A stretch of DNA of 64,000 bases from Eledone cirrhosa (taxonomy: Eukaryota), in the NCBI GenBank assembly GCA_964016885.1, contig OZ024743.1:181474001-181538000 (forward strand), read 5' to 3'. Below the pieces are notes generated by a model that ran no database searches, was not told the DNA's origin, and saw only the letters and a list, made by a program, of their open reading frames with translations. Below are positions 1-13,880 of the stretch, piece by piece. The translations under genes were made by a program, and so were the position numbers. Position 1 is the stretch's first letter. Every line of letters begins with the position of its first letter.

Positions 1-106
1 TGTGTTGTTGTTGTTGTTATTATTGGTGGTGGTTGGGTAATTGTGTTGTTGTTGTTGTTATTATTGGTGGTAGTTTGGTAATTGTGTTGTTGTTGTTATT
101 ATTATT

Positions 107-119
107 GGTGGTGGTTTGG
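107..119 (+). other. Example of the putative two-quartet G-quadruplex motif GG-T-GG-T-GG-TTT-GG present in every consensus monomer
   Basis: Four GG doublets with 1/1/3-nt loops are read directly from the sequence. Folding is a prediction, not an observation. Confidence 0.45.
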
Positions 120-399
120 TAATTGTGTTGTTGTTGTTGTTATTATTGGTGGTGGTTTGGTGATTGTGTTGTTGTTGTTGTTATTATTGGTGGTGGTTTG
201 GTGATTGTGTTGTTGTTGTTGTTGTTGTTGTTATTGGTGGTGGTTTGGTAATTGTGTTGTTGTTGTTGTTGTTGTTATTGGTGGTGGTTTGGTGATTGTG
301 TTGTTGTTGTTGTTATTATTGGTGGTGGTTTGGTAATTGTGTTGTTGTTGTTGTTATTATTGGTGGTGGTTTGGTGATTGTGTTGTTGTTGTTGTTATT

Positions 400-3300
400 A
401 TTGGTGGTGGTTTGGTAATTGTGTTGTTGTTGTTGTTATTATTGGTGGTGGTTTGCTAATTGTGTTGTTGTTGTTGTTATTATTGGTGGTGGTTTGCTAA
501 TTGTGTTGTTGTTGTTTTTATTGGTGCTGGTTTGGTGATTGTGTTGTTGTTGTTGTTATTATTGGTGGTGGTTTGGTGATTGTGTTGTTGTTGTTATTAT
601 TATTGGTGGTGGTTTGGTAATTGTGTTGTTGTTGTTATTATTATTGGTGGTGGTTTGGTAATTGTGTTGTTGTTGTTGTTATTATTGGAGGTGGTTTGGT
701 AATTGTGTTGTTGTTGTTGTTATTATTGGTGGTTCTTTGGTAATTGTGTTGTTGTTGTTGTTATTATTGGTGGTGGTTTGGTAATTGTGTTGTTGTTGTT
801 GTTATTATTGGTGGTGGTTTGGTGATTGTGTTGTTGTTGTTGTTATTATTGGTGGTGGTTTGGTGATTGTGTTGTTGTTGTTGTTATTATTGGTGGTGGT
901 TTGGTAATTGTGTTGTTGTTGTTGTTGTTATTGTTGGTGGTGGTTTGGTAATTGTGTTGTTGTTGTTGTTGTTGTTATTGGTGGTGGTTTGGTAATTGTG
1001 TTGTTGTTGTTGTTGTTATTGGTGGTGGTTTGGTAATTGTGTTGTTGTTGTTGTTGTTGTTGTTATTGGTGGTGGTTTGGTAATTGTGTTGTTGTTGTTG
1101 TTGTTGTTGTTATTGGGGTGGTTTGGTAATTGTATTGTTGTTGTTGTTATTATTGGTGGTGGTTTGGTAATTGTGTTATTGTTGTTGTTATTATTGGTGG
1201 TGGTTTGGTAATTGTGTTTTTGTTGTTGTTGTTGTTATTGGTGGTGGTTTGGTAATTGTGTTGTTGTTGTTGTTATTATTGGTGGTGGTTTGGTAATTGT
1301 GTTGTTGTTGTTGTTGTTATTGGTGGTGTTTTGGTAATTGTGTTGTTGTTGTTGTTATTATTGGTGGTGGTTTGGTAATTGTGTTGTTGTTGTTGTTGTT
1401 GTTGTTGTTATTGGTGGTGGTTTGGTAATTATGTTGTTGTTGTTGTTGTTATTGGTGGTGGTTTGGTAATTGTGTTGCTGTTGTTGTTGTTATTGGTGGT
1501 GGTTTGGTGATTGTGTTGTTGTTGTTGTTGTTATTGGTGGTGGTTTGGTAATTGTGTTGTTGTTGTTGTTATTATTGGTCGTGGTTTGGTAATTGTGTTG
1601 TTGTTGTTGTTGTTATTGGTGGTGGTTTGGTAATTGTGTTGATGTTGTTGTTGTTGTTGTTGTTGTTGTTATTAGTGGCGTTTGGTAATTGTGTTGTGTT
1701 GTTATTGGTGGTGGTTTGCTAATTGTGTTGTTGTTGTTGTTGTTGTTATTGGTGGTGGTTTGGTAATTGTGTTGTTTTTGTTGTTGTTGTTGTTATTGGT
1801 GGTGGTTTGGTAATTGTGTTGTTGTTGTTGTTGTTGTTATTGGTGGTGGTTTGGTAATTGTCTTTTGTTGTTGTTGTTATTGGTGGTGGTTTGGTAATTG
1901 TGTTGTTGTGGTTGTTGTTGTTGTTGTTGTTATTGGTGGTGGTGTGTTAATTGTGTTGTTGTTGTTGTTATTGGTGGTGGTTTGGGAATTGTGATGTTGT
2001 TGTTGTTGTTGTTGTTATTGGTGGTGGTTTGTTAATTGTGATGTTTTTGTTGTTGTTGTTGTTATTGGTGGTGGTTTGGTAATTGTGTTGTTGTTGTTGT
2101 TGTTGTTGTTATTGTTATTGTTGGTGGTTTGGTAATTGTGTTGTTGTTGTTGTTGTTGTTATTGGTGGTGGTTTGGTAATTGTGTTGTGGTTGTTGTTGT
2201 TATTGGTGGTGGTTTGGTAATAGTGTTGTTGTTGTTGTTGTTATTGGTGGTGATTTGGTAATTGTGTTGTTGTTGTTGTTGTTATTGGTGGTGATTTGTT
2301 AATTGTGTTGTTGTTGTTGTTATTATTGGTGGTGGTTTGGTAATTGTGTTGTTGTTGTTGTTATTGGTGGAGGTTTACTGATTGTGTTGTTGTTGTTGTT
2401 GTTATTGGTGGTTGTTTGGTAATTGTGTTGTTGTTGTTGTTGTTATTGGTGGTGATTTGGTAATTGTGTTGTTGTTGTTGTTGTTATTGGTGGTGGTTTG
2501 GTAATTGTGTTGTTGTTGTTGTTGTTATTGGTGGTGATTTGGTAATTGTGTTGTTGTTGTTGTTGTTGTTATTGGTGGTGATTTGGTAATTGTGTTGTTG
2601 TTGCTATTATTGGTGGTGGTTTGGTAATTGTGTTGTTGTTGTTGTTATTATTGGTGGTGGTTTGGTAATTGTGTTGTTGTTGTTGTTATTGGTGGAGGTT
2701 TGGTAATTGTGTCGTTGTTGTTGTTGTTATTGGTGGTGGTTTGGTAATTGTGTTGTTGTTGTTGTTGTTGTTATTGGTGTTGGTTTGGTAATTGTGTTGT
2801 TGTTGTTGTTATTTGTGGAGGTTTGGTAATTGTGTTGTTGTTGTTGTTATTATTGGTGGTGGTTTGGTAATTGTGTTGTTGTTGTTGTTATTATTGGTGG
2901 TGGTTTGGTAATTGTGTTGTTGTTGTTGTTATTATTGGTGGTAGTTTGGTAATTGTGTTGTTGTTGTTATTATTATTGGTGGTGGTTTGGTAATTGTGTT
3001 GTTGTTGTTGTTATTATTGGTGGTGGTTTGGTGATTGTGTTGTTGTTGTTGTTGTTGTTATTGGTGGTGGTTTGGTAATTGTGTTGTTGTTGTTGTTGTT
3101 GTTATTGGTGGTGGTTTGGTGATTGTGTTGTTGTTGTTGTTATTATTGGTGGTGGTTTGGTAATTGTGTTGTTGTTGTTGTTATTATTGGTGGTGGTTTG
3201 GTGATTGTGTTGTTGTTGTTGTTATTATTGGTGGTGGTTTGGTAATTGTGTTGTTGTTGTTGTTGTTATTGGTGGTGGTTTGGTGATTGTGTTGTTGTTG

Positions 3301-3538
3301 TTGTTGTTATTATTGGTGGTGGTTTGGTGATTGTGTTGTTGTTGTTGTTATTATTGGTGGTGGTTTGCTAATTGTGTTGTTGTTGTTGTTATTATTGGTG
3401 GTGGTTTGGTAATTGTGTTGTTGTTGTTGTTATTATTGGTGGTGGTTTGGTAATTGTGTTGTTGTTGTTGTTATTATTGGTGGTGGTTTGCTAATTGTGT
3501 TGTTGTTGTTGTTATTATTGGTGGTGGTTTGGTAATTG

Positions 3539-3569
<31 letters not shown>

Positions 3570-4333
3570 ATTGGTGGTGGTTTGGTAATTATGTTGTTGT
3601 TGTTGTTATTGGTGGTGGTTTGGTAATTGTGTTGCTGTTGTTGTTGTTATTGGTGGTGGTTTGGTGATTGTGTTGTTGTTGTTGTTGTTATTGGTGGTGG
3701 TTTGGTAATTGTGTTGTTGTTGTTGTTATTATTGGTCGTGGTTTGGTAATTGTGTTGTTGTTGTTGTTGTTATTGGTGGTGGTTTGGTAATTGTGTTGAT
3801 GTTGTTGTTGTTGTTGTTGTTGTTGATATTAGTGGCGTTTGGTAATTGTGTTGTGTTGTTATTGGTGGTGGTTTGCTAATTGTGTTGTTGTTGTTGTTGT
3901 TGTTATTGGTGGTGGTTTGGTAATTGTGTTGTTTTTGTTGTTGTTGTTGTTATTGGTGGTGGTTTGGTAATTGTGTTGTTGTTGTTGTTGTTGTTATTGG
4001 TGGTGGTTTGGTAATTGTCTTTTGTTGTTGTTGTTATTGGTGGTGGTTTGGTAATTGTGTTGTTGTGGTTGTTGTTGTTGTTGTTGTTATTGGTGGTGGT
4101 GTGTTAATTGTGTTGTTGTTGTTGTTATTGGTGGTGGTTTGGGAATTGTGATGTTGTTGTTGTTGTTGTTATTGGTGGTGGTTTGTTAATTGTGATGTTT
4201 TTGTTGTTGTTGTTGTTATTGGTGGTGGTTTGGTAATTGTGTTGTTGTTGTTGTTGTTATTGGTGGTGGTTTGGTAATTGTGTTGTTGTTGTTGTTGTTG
4301 TTGTTATTGTTATTGTTGGTGGTTTGGTAATTG

Positions 4334-4367
<34 letters not shown>

Positions 4368-7004
4368 ATTGGCGGTGGTTTGGTAATTGTGTTGTGGTTG
4401 TTGTTGTTATTGGTGGTGGTTTGGTAATAGTGTTGTTGTTGTTGTTGTTATTGGTGGTGATTTGGTAATTGTGTTGTTGTTGTTGTTGTTATTGGTGGTG
4501 ATTTGTTAATTGTGTTGTTGTTGTTGTTATTATTGGTGGTGGTTTGGTAATTGTGTTGTTGTTGTTGTTATTGGTGGAGGTTTACTGATTGTGTTGTTGT
4601 TGTTGTTGTTATTGGTGGTGGTTTGGTAATTGTGTTGTTGTTGTTGTTGTTATTGGTGGTGATTTGGTAATTGTGTTGTTGTTGTTGTTGTTATTGGTGG
4701 TGGTTTGGTAATTGTGTTGTTGTTGTTGTTGTTATTGGTGGTGATTTGGTAATTGTGTTGTTGTTGTTGTTGTTATTGGTGGTGATTTGGTAATTGTGTT
4801 GTTGTTGCTATTATTGGTGGTGGTTTGGTAATTGTGTTGTTGTTGTTGTTATTATTGGTGGTGGTTTGGTAATTGTGTTGTTGTTGTTGTTATTGGTGGA
4901 GGTTTGGTAATTGTGTCGTTGTTGTTGTTGTTATTGGTGGTGGTTTGGTAATTGTGTTGTTGTTGTTGTTGTTGTTATTGGTGTTGGTTTGGTAATTGTG
5001 TTGTTGTTCTTGTTATTGGTGGAGGTTTGGTAATTGTGTTGTTGTTGTTGTTATTATTGGTGGTGGTTTGGTAATTGTGTTGTTGTTGTTGTTATTATTG
5101 GGGTGGTTTGGTAATTGTGTTGTTGTTGTTGTTATTATTGGTGGTAGTTTGGTAATTGTGTTGTTATTGTTATTATTATTGGTGGTGGTTTGGTAATTGT
5201 GTTGTTGTTGTTGTTATTATTGGTGGTGGTTTGGTGATTGTGTTGTTGTTGTTGTTGTTATTATTGGTGGTAGTTTGGTGATTGTGTTGTTGTTGTTGTT
5301 ATTATTGTTGGTGGTTTGGTGATTGTGTTGTTGTTGTTGTTGTTGTTGTTATTGGTGGTGGTTTGGTAATTGTGTTGTTGTTGTTGTTGTTGTTATTGGT
5401 GGTGGTTTGGTGATTGTGTTGTTGTTGTTGTTATTATTGGTGGTGGTTTGGTAATTGTGTTGTTGTTGTTGTTATTATTGGTGGTGGTTTGGTGATTGTG
5501 TTGTTGTTGTTGTTATTATTGGTGGTGGTTTGGTAATTGTGTTGTTGTTGATTGGTGGTGGTTTGGTAATTGTGTTGTTGTTGTTGTTGTTATTGGTGGT
5601 GGTTTGGTGATTGTGTTGTTGTTGTTGTTGTTATTATTGGTGGTGGTTTGGTGATTGTGTTGTTGTTGTTGTTATTATTGGTGGTGGTTTGCTAATTGTG
5701 TTGTTGTTGTTGTTATTATTGGTGGTGGTTTGGTAATTGTGTTGTTGTTGTTGTTATTATTGGTGGTGGTTTGGTAATTGTGTTGTTGTTGTTGTTATTA
5801 TTGGTGGTGGTTTGCTAATTGTGTTGTTGTTGTTGTTATTATTGGTGGTGGTTTGCTAATTGTGTTGTTGTTGTTGTTTTTATTGGTGGTGGTTTGGTGA
5901 TTGTGTTGTTGTTGTTGTTATTATTGGTGGTGGTTTGGTGATTGTGTTGTTGTTGTTATTATTATTGGTGGTGGTTTGGTAATTGTGTTGTTGTTGTTGT
6001 TATTATTATTGGTGGTGGTTTGGTAATTGTGTTGTTGTTGTTGTTATTATTGGAGGTGGTTTGGTAATTGTGTTGTTGTTGTTGTTATTATTGGTGGTTC
6101 TTTGGTAATTGTGTTGTTGTTGTTGTTATTATTGGTGGTGGTTTGGTAATTGTGTTGTTGTTGTTGTTATTATTGGTGGTGATTTGGTGATTGTGTTGTT
6201 GTTGTTGTTATTATTGGTGGTGGTTTGGTGATTGTGCTGTTGTTGTTGTTATTATTGGTGGTGGTTTGGTAATTGTGTTGTTGTTGTTGTTGTTATTGTT
6301 GGTGGTGGTTTGGTAATTGTGTTGTTGTTGTTGTTGTTGTTATTGGTGGTGGTTTGGTAATTGTGTTGTTGTTGTTGTTGTTATTGGTGGTGGTTTGGTA
6401 ATTGTGTTGCTGTTGTTGTTGTTGTTGTTATTGGTGGTGGTTTGGTAATTGTGTTGTTGTTGTTGTTGTTGTTGTTATTGGGGTGGTTTGGTAATTGTGT
6501 TGTTGTTGTTGTTATTATTGGTGGTGGTTTGGTAATTGTGTTGTTGTTGTTGTTATTATTGGTGTTGGTTTGGTAATTGTGTTTTTGTTGTTGTTGTTGT
6601 TATTGGTGGTGGTTTGGTAATTGTGTTGTTGTTGTTGTTATTTTTGGTGGTGGTTTGGTAATTGTGTTGTTGTTGTTGTTGTTATTGGTGGTGGTTTGGT
6701 AATTGTGTCGTTGTTGTTGTTATTATTGGTGGTGGTTTGGTAATTGTGTTGTTGTTGTTGTTGTTGTTGTTGTTATTGGTGGTGGTTTGGTAATTATGTT
6801 GTTGTTGTTGTTATTGGTGGTGGTTTGGTAATTGTGTTGCTGTTGTTGTTGTTATTGGTGGTGGTTTGGTGATTGTGTTGTTGTTGTTGTTGTTATTGGT
6901 GGTGGTTTGGTAATTGTGTTGTTGTTGTTGTTATTATTGGTCGTGGTTTGGTAATTGTGTTGTTGTTGTTGTTGTTATTGGTGGTGGTTTGGTAATTGTG
7001 TTGA

Positions 7005-7035
<31 letters not shown>

Positions 7036-7506
7036 ATTAGTGGCGTTTGGTAATTGTGTTGTGTTGTTATTGGTGGTGGTTTGCTAATTGTGTTGTTGTT
7101 GTTGTTGTTGTTATTGGTGGTGGTTTGGTAATTGTGTTGTTTTTGTTGTTGTTGTTGTTGTTATTGGTGGTGGTTTGGTAATTGTGTTGTTGTTGTTGTT
7201 GTTGTTATTGGTGGTGGTTTGGTAATTGTCTTTTGTTGTTGTTGTTATTGGTGGTGGTTTGGTAACTGTGTTGTTGTGGTTGTTGTTGTTGTTGTTGTTA
7301 TTGGTGGTGGTGTGTTAATTGTGTTGTTGTTGTTGTTATTGGTGGTGGTTTGGGAATTGTGATGTTGTTGTTGTTGTTGTTGTTATTGGTGGTGGTTTGT
7401 TAATTGTGATGTTTTTGTTGTTGCTGTTGTTATTGGTGGTGGTTTGGTAATTGTGTTGTTGTTGTTGTTGTTGTTGTTATTGTTATTGTTGGTGGTTTGG
7501 TAATTG

Positions 7507-7540
<34 letters not shown>

Positions 7541-8300
7541 ATTGGTGGGGGTTTGGTAATTGTGTTGTGGTTGTTGTTGTTATTGGTGGTGGTTTGGTAA
7601 TAGTGTTGTTGTTGTTGTTGTCATTGGTGGTGATTTGGTAATTGTGTTGTTGTTGTTGTTGTTATTGGTGGTGATTTGTTAATTGTGTTGTTGTTCTTGT
7701 TATTATTGGTGGTGGTTTGGTAATTGTGTTGTTGTTGTTGTTATTGGTGGAGGTTTACTGATTGTGTTGTTGTTGTTGTTGTTATTGGTGGTGGTTTGGT
7801 AATTGTGTTGTTGTTGTTGTTGTTATTGGTGGTCATTTGGTAATTGTGTTGTTGTTGTTGTTGTTATTGGTGGTGGTTTGGTAATTGTGTTGTTGTTGTT
7901 GTTGTTATTGGTGGTGATTTGGTAATTGTGTTGTTGTTGTTGTTGTTATTGGTGGTGATTTGGTAATTGTGTTGTTGTTGCTATTATTGGTGGTGGTTTG
8001 GTAATTGTGTTGTTGTTGTTGTTATTGGTGGAGGTTTGGTAATTGTGTTGTTGTTGCTATTATTGGTGGTGGTTTGGTAATTGTGTTGTTGTTGTTGTTA
8101 TTGGTGGTGATTTGGTAATTGTGTTGTTGTTGCTATTATTGGTGGTGGTTTGGTAATTGTGTTGTTGTTGTTGTTATTGGTGGAGGTTTGGTAATTGTGT
8201 CGTTGTTGTTGTTGTTATTGGTGGTGGTTTGGTAATTGTGTTGTTGTTGTTGTTATTGGTGGAGGTTTGGTAATTGTGTCGTTGTTGTTGTTGTTATTGG
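400..8300 (+). repeat. Left higher-order domain: three copies of a variant cassette at offsets 2,157, 3,208 and 5,365 bp
   Basis: Marker AGTGGCG at 1674, 3831 and 7039. GGGAATT at 1984, 4141 and 7352. GGTTCTTT with C at 735 and 6100 (offset 5365). Matching artefact ORFs at 1767/3924/7132 and 996/6361. Confidence 0.9.
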
Positions 8301-9406
8301 TGTTGGTTTGGTAATTGTGTTGTTGTTGTTGTTATTGGTGGAGGTTTGGTAATTGTGTTGTTGTTGTTGTTGTTGTTATTTGTGGTGATTTGGTAATTGT
8401 GTTGTTGTTGTTGTTGTTATAGGTGGTGATTTGGTAATTGTGTTGTTGTTGTTGTTAGTATTGGTGGTGGTTTGGTAATCGTGTTGTTGTTGTTGTTATT
8501 GGTGGAGGTTTGGTGATTGTGTTGTTGTTGTTGTTGTTATTGGTGGTGGTTTGGTAATTGTGTTGTTGTTGTTATTAGTGGTGGTTTGGTAATTGTGTTG
8601 TTGTTGTTGTTGTTATTGGTGGTGGTTTGGTAATTGTGTTGATGTTGTTGTTATTGGTGGTGGTTTGGTAATGGTGTTGTTGTTTCGGTTATTGTTATTA
8701 TTGGTGGTGGTTTGGTAATTGTGTTGTTGTCATTGTTGTTGTTGTTATTGGTGGTGGTTTGGTAATTGTGTTTTTGTTGTTGTTATTATTGGTGGTGGTT
8801 TGGTGATTGTGTTGTTGTTGTTGTTGTTGTTGTTATCGGTGGTGGTTTGGTAATTGTGTTGTTGTTGTTGTTATTATTGGTGGTGGTTTGGTGATTGTGT
8901 TGTTGTTGTTGTTGTTGTTATTGGTGGTGGTTTGGTAATTGTGTTGTTCTTGTTGTTGTTATTGTTGGAGGTGGTTTGGTAATTGTGTTGTTGTTGTTGT
9001 TGTTGTTATTGGTGGTGGTTTGGTAATTGTGTTGTTGTTGTTGTTATTATTGGTGGTGGTTTGGTAATTGTGTTGTTGTTGTTGTTGTTGTTGTTATTGG
9101 TGGTGGTTTAGTAATTGTGTTGTTGTTGTTGTTGTTGTTATTGGGGTGGTTTGGTAATTGTGTTGTTGTTGTTGTTATTATTGGTGGTGGTTTGGTAATT
9201 GTGTTGTTGTTGTTGTTATTATTGGTGGTGGTTTGGTAATTGTGTTTTTGTTGTTGTTGTTGTTATTGGTGGTGGTTTGGTAATTGTGTTGTTGTTGTTG
9301 TTATTATTGGTGATGGTTTGGTAATTGTGTTGTTGTTGTTGTTATTGGTGGTGGTTTGGTAATTGTGTTGTTGTTGTTGTTATTATTGGTGGTGGTTTGG
9401 TAATTG

Positions 9407-9443
<37 letters not shown>

Positions 9444-9995
9444 ATTGGTGGTGGTTTGGTAATTATGTTGTTGTTGTTGTTGTTATTGGTGGTGGTTTGG
9501 TAATTGTGTTGCTGTTGTTGTTGTTATTGGTGGTGGTTTGGTGATTGTGTTGTTGTTGTTGTTGTTATTGGTGGTGGTTTGGTACTTGTGTTGTTGTTGT
9601 TGTTATTATTGGTGGTGGTTTGGTAATTGTGTTGTAGTTTTTTGTTGTTATTGGTGGTGGTTTGGTAATTGTGTTGATGTTGTTGTTGTTGTTGTTGTTG
9701 TTATTAGTGGCGTTTGGTAATTGTGTTGTGTTGTTATTGGTGGTGGTTTGCTAATTGTGTTGTTGTGGTTGTTGTTGTTGTTGTTGTTATTGGTGGTGGT
9801 GTGTTAATTGTGTTGTTGTTGTTGTTATTGGTGGTGGTTTGGTAATTGTGATGTTGTTGTTGTTGTTGTTGTTATTGGTGGTGGTTTGTTAATTGTGATG
9901 TTTTTGTTGTTGTTGTTGTTATTGGTGGTGGTTTGGTAATTGTGTTGTTGTTGTTGTTGTTGTTGTTATTGTTATTGTTGGTGGTTTGGTAATTG

Positions 9996-10032
<37 letters not shown>

Positions 10033-10054
10033 ATTGGTGGTGGTTTGGTAATTG

Positions 10055-10091
<37 letters not shown>

Positions 10092-10429
10092 ATTGGTGGT
10101 GGTTTGGTAATAGTGTTGTTGTTGTTGTTGTTATTGGTGGTGATTTGGTAATTGTGTTGTTGTTGTTGTTGTTATTGGTGGTGATTTGTTAATTGTGTTG
10201 TTGTTGTTGTTATTATTGGTGGTGGTTTGGTAATTGTGTTGTTGTTGTTGTTATTGGTGGAGGTTTACTGATTGTGTTGTTGTTGTTGTTGTTATTGGTG
10301 GTGGTTTGGTAATTGTGTTGTTGTTGTTGTTATTATTGCTGGTGGTTTGGTAATTGTGTTGTTGTTGTTGTTGTTATTGGTGGTGATTTGGTAATTGTGT
10401 TGTTGTTGTTGTTGTTATTGGTGGTGGTT

Positions 10430-10678
10430 TGGTAATTGTGTTGTTGTTGTTGTTGTTATTGGTGGTGATTTGGTAATTGTGTTGTTGTTGTTGTTGTTAT
10501 TGTTGGTGATTTGGTAATTGTGTTGTTGTTGTTATTATTGGTGGTGGTTTGGTAATTGTGTTGTTGTTGTTGTTAATATTGGTGGTGGTTTGGTAATTGT
10601 GTTGTTGTTGTTGTTATTGGTGGAGGTTTGGTAATTGTGTCGTTGTTGTTGTTGTTATTGGTGGTGGTTTGGTAATTG

Positions 10679-10712
<34 letters not shown>

Positions 10713-12505
10713 ATTGGTGTTGGTTTGGTAATTGTGTTGTTGTTGTTGTTATTGGTGGAGGTTTGGTAATTGTGTTGTTGTTGTTGTTGTTGTTATTTGT
10801 GGTGATTTGGTAATTGTGTTGTTGTTGTTGTTGTTATAGGTGGTGATTTGGTAATTGTGTTGTTGTTGTTGTTATTATTGGTGGTGGTTTGGTAATTGTG
10901 TTGTTGTTGTTGTTATTGGTGGAGGTTTGGTGATTGTGTTGTTGTTGTTGTTGTTATTGGTGGTGGTTTGGTAATTGTGTTGTTGTTGTTGTTATTATTG
11001 GTGGTGGTTTGGTAATTGTGTTGTTGTTGTTGTTGTTATTGGTGGTGGTTTGGTAATTGTGTTGTTGTTGTTGTTATTGGTGGTGGTTTGGTAATTGTGT
11101 TGTTGTTGTTGTTGTTATTGGTGGTGGTTTGGTAATTGTGTTGATGTTGTTGTTATTGGTGGTGGTTTGGTAATGGTGTTGTTGTTTCGGTTATTGTTAT
11201 TATTGGTGGTGGTTTGGTAATTGTGTTGTTGTCATTGTTGTTGTTGTTATTGGTGATGGTTTGGTAATTGTGTTGTTGTTGTTGTTATTATTGGTGGTGG
11301 TTTGGTGATTGTGTTGTTGTTGTTGTTGTTGTTATTGGTGGTGGTTTGGTAATTGTGTTGTTGTTGTTGTTATTATTGGTGGTGGTTTGGTGATTGTGTT
11401 GTTGTTGTTGTTATTATTGGTGGTGGTTTGGTAATTGTGTTGTTGTTGTTGTTGTTATTGTTGGAGGTGGTTTGGTAATTGTGTTGTTGTTGTTGTTGTT
11501 GTTATTGGTGGTGGTTTGGTAATTGTGTTGTTGTTGTTGTTATTATTGGTGGTGGTTTGGTAATTGTGTTGTTGTTGTTGTTGTTGTTGTTATTGGTGGT
11601 GGTTTAGTAATTGTGTTGTTGTTGTTGTTGTTGTTATTGGTGTGGTTTGGTAATTGTGTTGTTGTTGTTGTTATTATTGCTGGTGGTTTGGTAATTGTGT
11701 TGTTGTTGTTGTTATTAATGGTGGTGGTTTGGTAATTGTGTTTTTGTTGTTGTTGTTGTTATTGGTGGTGGTTTGGTAATTGTGTTGTTGTTGTTATTAT
11801 TGGTGGTGGTTTGGTAATTGTGTTGTTGTTGTTGTTATTGGTGGTGGTTTGGTAATTGTGTTGTTGTTGTTGTTATTATTGCTGGTGGTTTGGTAATTGT
11901 GTTGTTGTTGTTGTTATTGGTGGAGGTTTGGTAATTGTGTCGTTGTTGTTGTTGTTATTGGTGGTGGTTTGGTAATTGTGTTGTTGTTGTTGTTGTTGTT
12001 GTTATTGGTGGTGGTTTGGTAATTGTGTTGTTGTTGTTATTGGTGGAGGTTTGGTAATTGTGTTGTTGTTGTTGTTGTTGTTATTGGTGGAGGTTTGGTG
12101 ATTGTGTTGTTGTTGTTATTGGTGGAGGTTTGGTGATTGTGTTGTTGTTGTTGTTGTTATTGGTGGTGGTTTGGTAATTGTGTTGTTGTTGTTGTTGTTG
12201 TTATTGGTGGTGGTTTGGTAATTGTGTTGATGTTGTTGTTGTTATTGGTGGTGGTTTGGTAATTGTGTTGTTGTTGTTGTTGTTATTGGTGGTGATTTGG
12301 TAATTGTGTTGTTGTTGTTGTTGTTATTGTTGGTGATTTGGTAATTGTGTTGTTGTTGTTATTATTGGTGGTGGTTTGGTAATTGTGTTGTTGTTGTTGT
12401 TAATATTGGTGGTGGTTTGGTAATTGTGTTGTTGTTGTTGTTATTGGTGGAGGTTTGGTAATTGTGTCGTTGTTGTTGTTGTTATTGGTGGTGGTTTGGT
12501 AATTG

Positions 12506-12536
<31 letters not shown>

Positions 12537-13880
12537 ATTGGTGTTGGTTTGGTAATTGTGTTGTTGTTGTTGTTATTGGTGGAGGTTTGGTAATTGTGTT
12601 GTTGTTGTTGTTGTTGTTATTTGTGGTGATTTGGTAGTTGTGTTGTTGTTGTTGTTGTTATAGGTGGTGATTTGGTAATTGTGTTGTTGTTGTTGTTATT
12701 ATTGGTGGTGGTTTGGTAATTGTGTTGTTGTTGTTGTTATTGGTGGAGGTTTGGTGATTGTGTTGTTGTTGTTGTTGTTATTGGTGGTGGTTTGGTAATT
12801 GTGTTGTTGTTGTTTTTATTATTGGTGGTGGTTTGGTAATTGTGTTGTTGTTGTTGTTGTTATTGGTGGTGGTTTGGTAATTGTGTTGTTGTTGTTGTTA
12901 TTGGTGGTGGTTTGGTAATTGTGTTGTTGTTGTTGTTGTTATTGGTGGTGGTTTGGTAATTGTGTTGATGTTGTTGTTATTGGTGGTGGTTTGGTAATGG
13001 TGTTGTTGTTTCGGTTATTGTTATTATTGGTGGTGGTTTGGTAATTGTGTTGTTGTCATTGTTGTTGTTGTTATTGGTGATGGTTTGGTAATTGTGTTGT
13101 TGTTGTTTTTATTATTGGTGGTGGTTTGGTGATTGTGTTGTTGTTGTTGTTGTTGTTATTGGTGGTGGTTTGGTAATTGTGTTGTTGTTGTTGTTATTAT
13201 TGGTGGTGGTTTGGTGATTGTGTTGTTGTTGTTGTTATTATTGGTGGTGGTTTGGTAATTGTGTTGTTGTTGTTGTTGTTATTGTTGGAGGTGGTTTGGT
13301 AATTGTGTTGTTGTTGTTGTTGTTGTTATTGGTGGTGGTTTGGTAATTGTGTTGTTGTTGTTGTTATTATTGGTGGTGGTTTGGTAATTGTGTTGTTGTT
13401 GTTGTTGTTGTTGTTATTGGTGGTGGTTTAGTAATTGTGTTGTTGTTGTTGTTGTTGTTATTGTTGTGGTTTGGTAATTGTGTTGTTGTTGTTGTTATTA
13501 TTGCTGGTGGTTTGGTAATTGTGTTGTTGTTGTTGTTATTGGTGGAGGTTTGGTAATTGTGTCGTTGTTGTTGTTGTTATTGGTGGTGGTTTGGTAATTG
13601 TGTTGTTGTTGTTGTTGTTGTTGTTATTGGTGGTGGTTTGGTAATTGTGTTGTTGTTGTTATTGGTGGAGGTTTGGTAATTGTGTTGTTGTTGTTGTTGT
13701 TGTTATTGGTGGAGGTTTGGTGATTGTGTTGTTGTTGTTATTGGTGGAGGTTTGGTGATTGTGTTGTTGTTGTTGTTGTTATTGGTGGTGGTTTGGTAAT
13801 TGTGTTGTTGTTGTTGTTGTTGTTATTGGTGGTGGTTTGGTAATTGTGTTGATGTTGTTGTTATTGGTGGTGGTTTGGTG
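10430..13880 (+). repeat. ~1.82-kb tandem duplication within the satellite; second copy lacks 202 bp
   Basis: TAATATT at 10574 and 12401 (offset 1827). TTTCGG with C at 11188 and 13012 (offset 1824). ORFs at 11523/13347. The offset falls to 1622 after 11881/13503. Confidence 0.88.
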
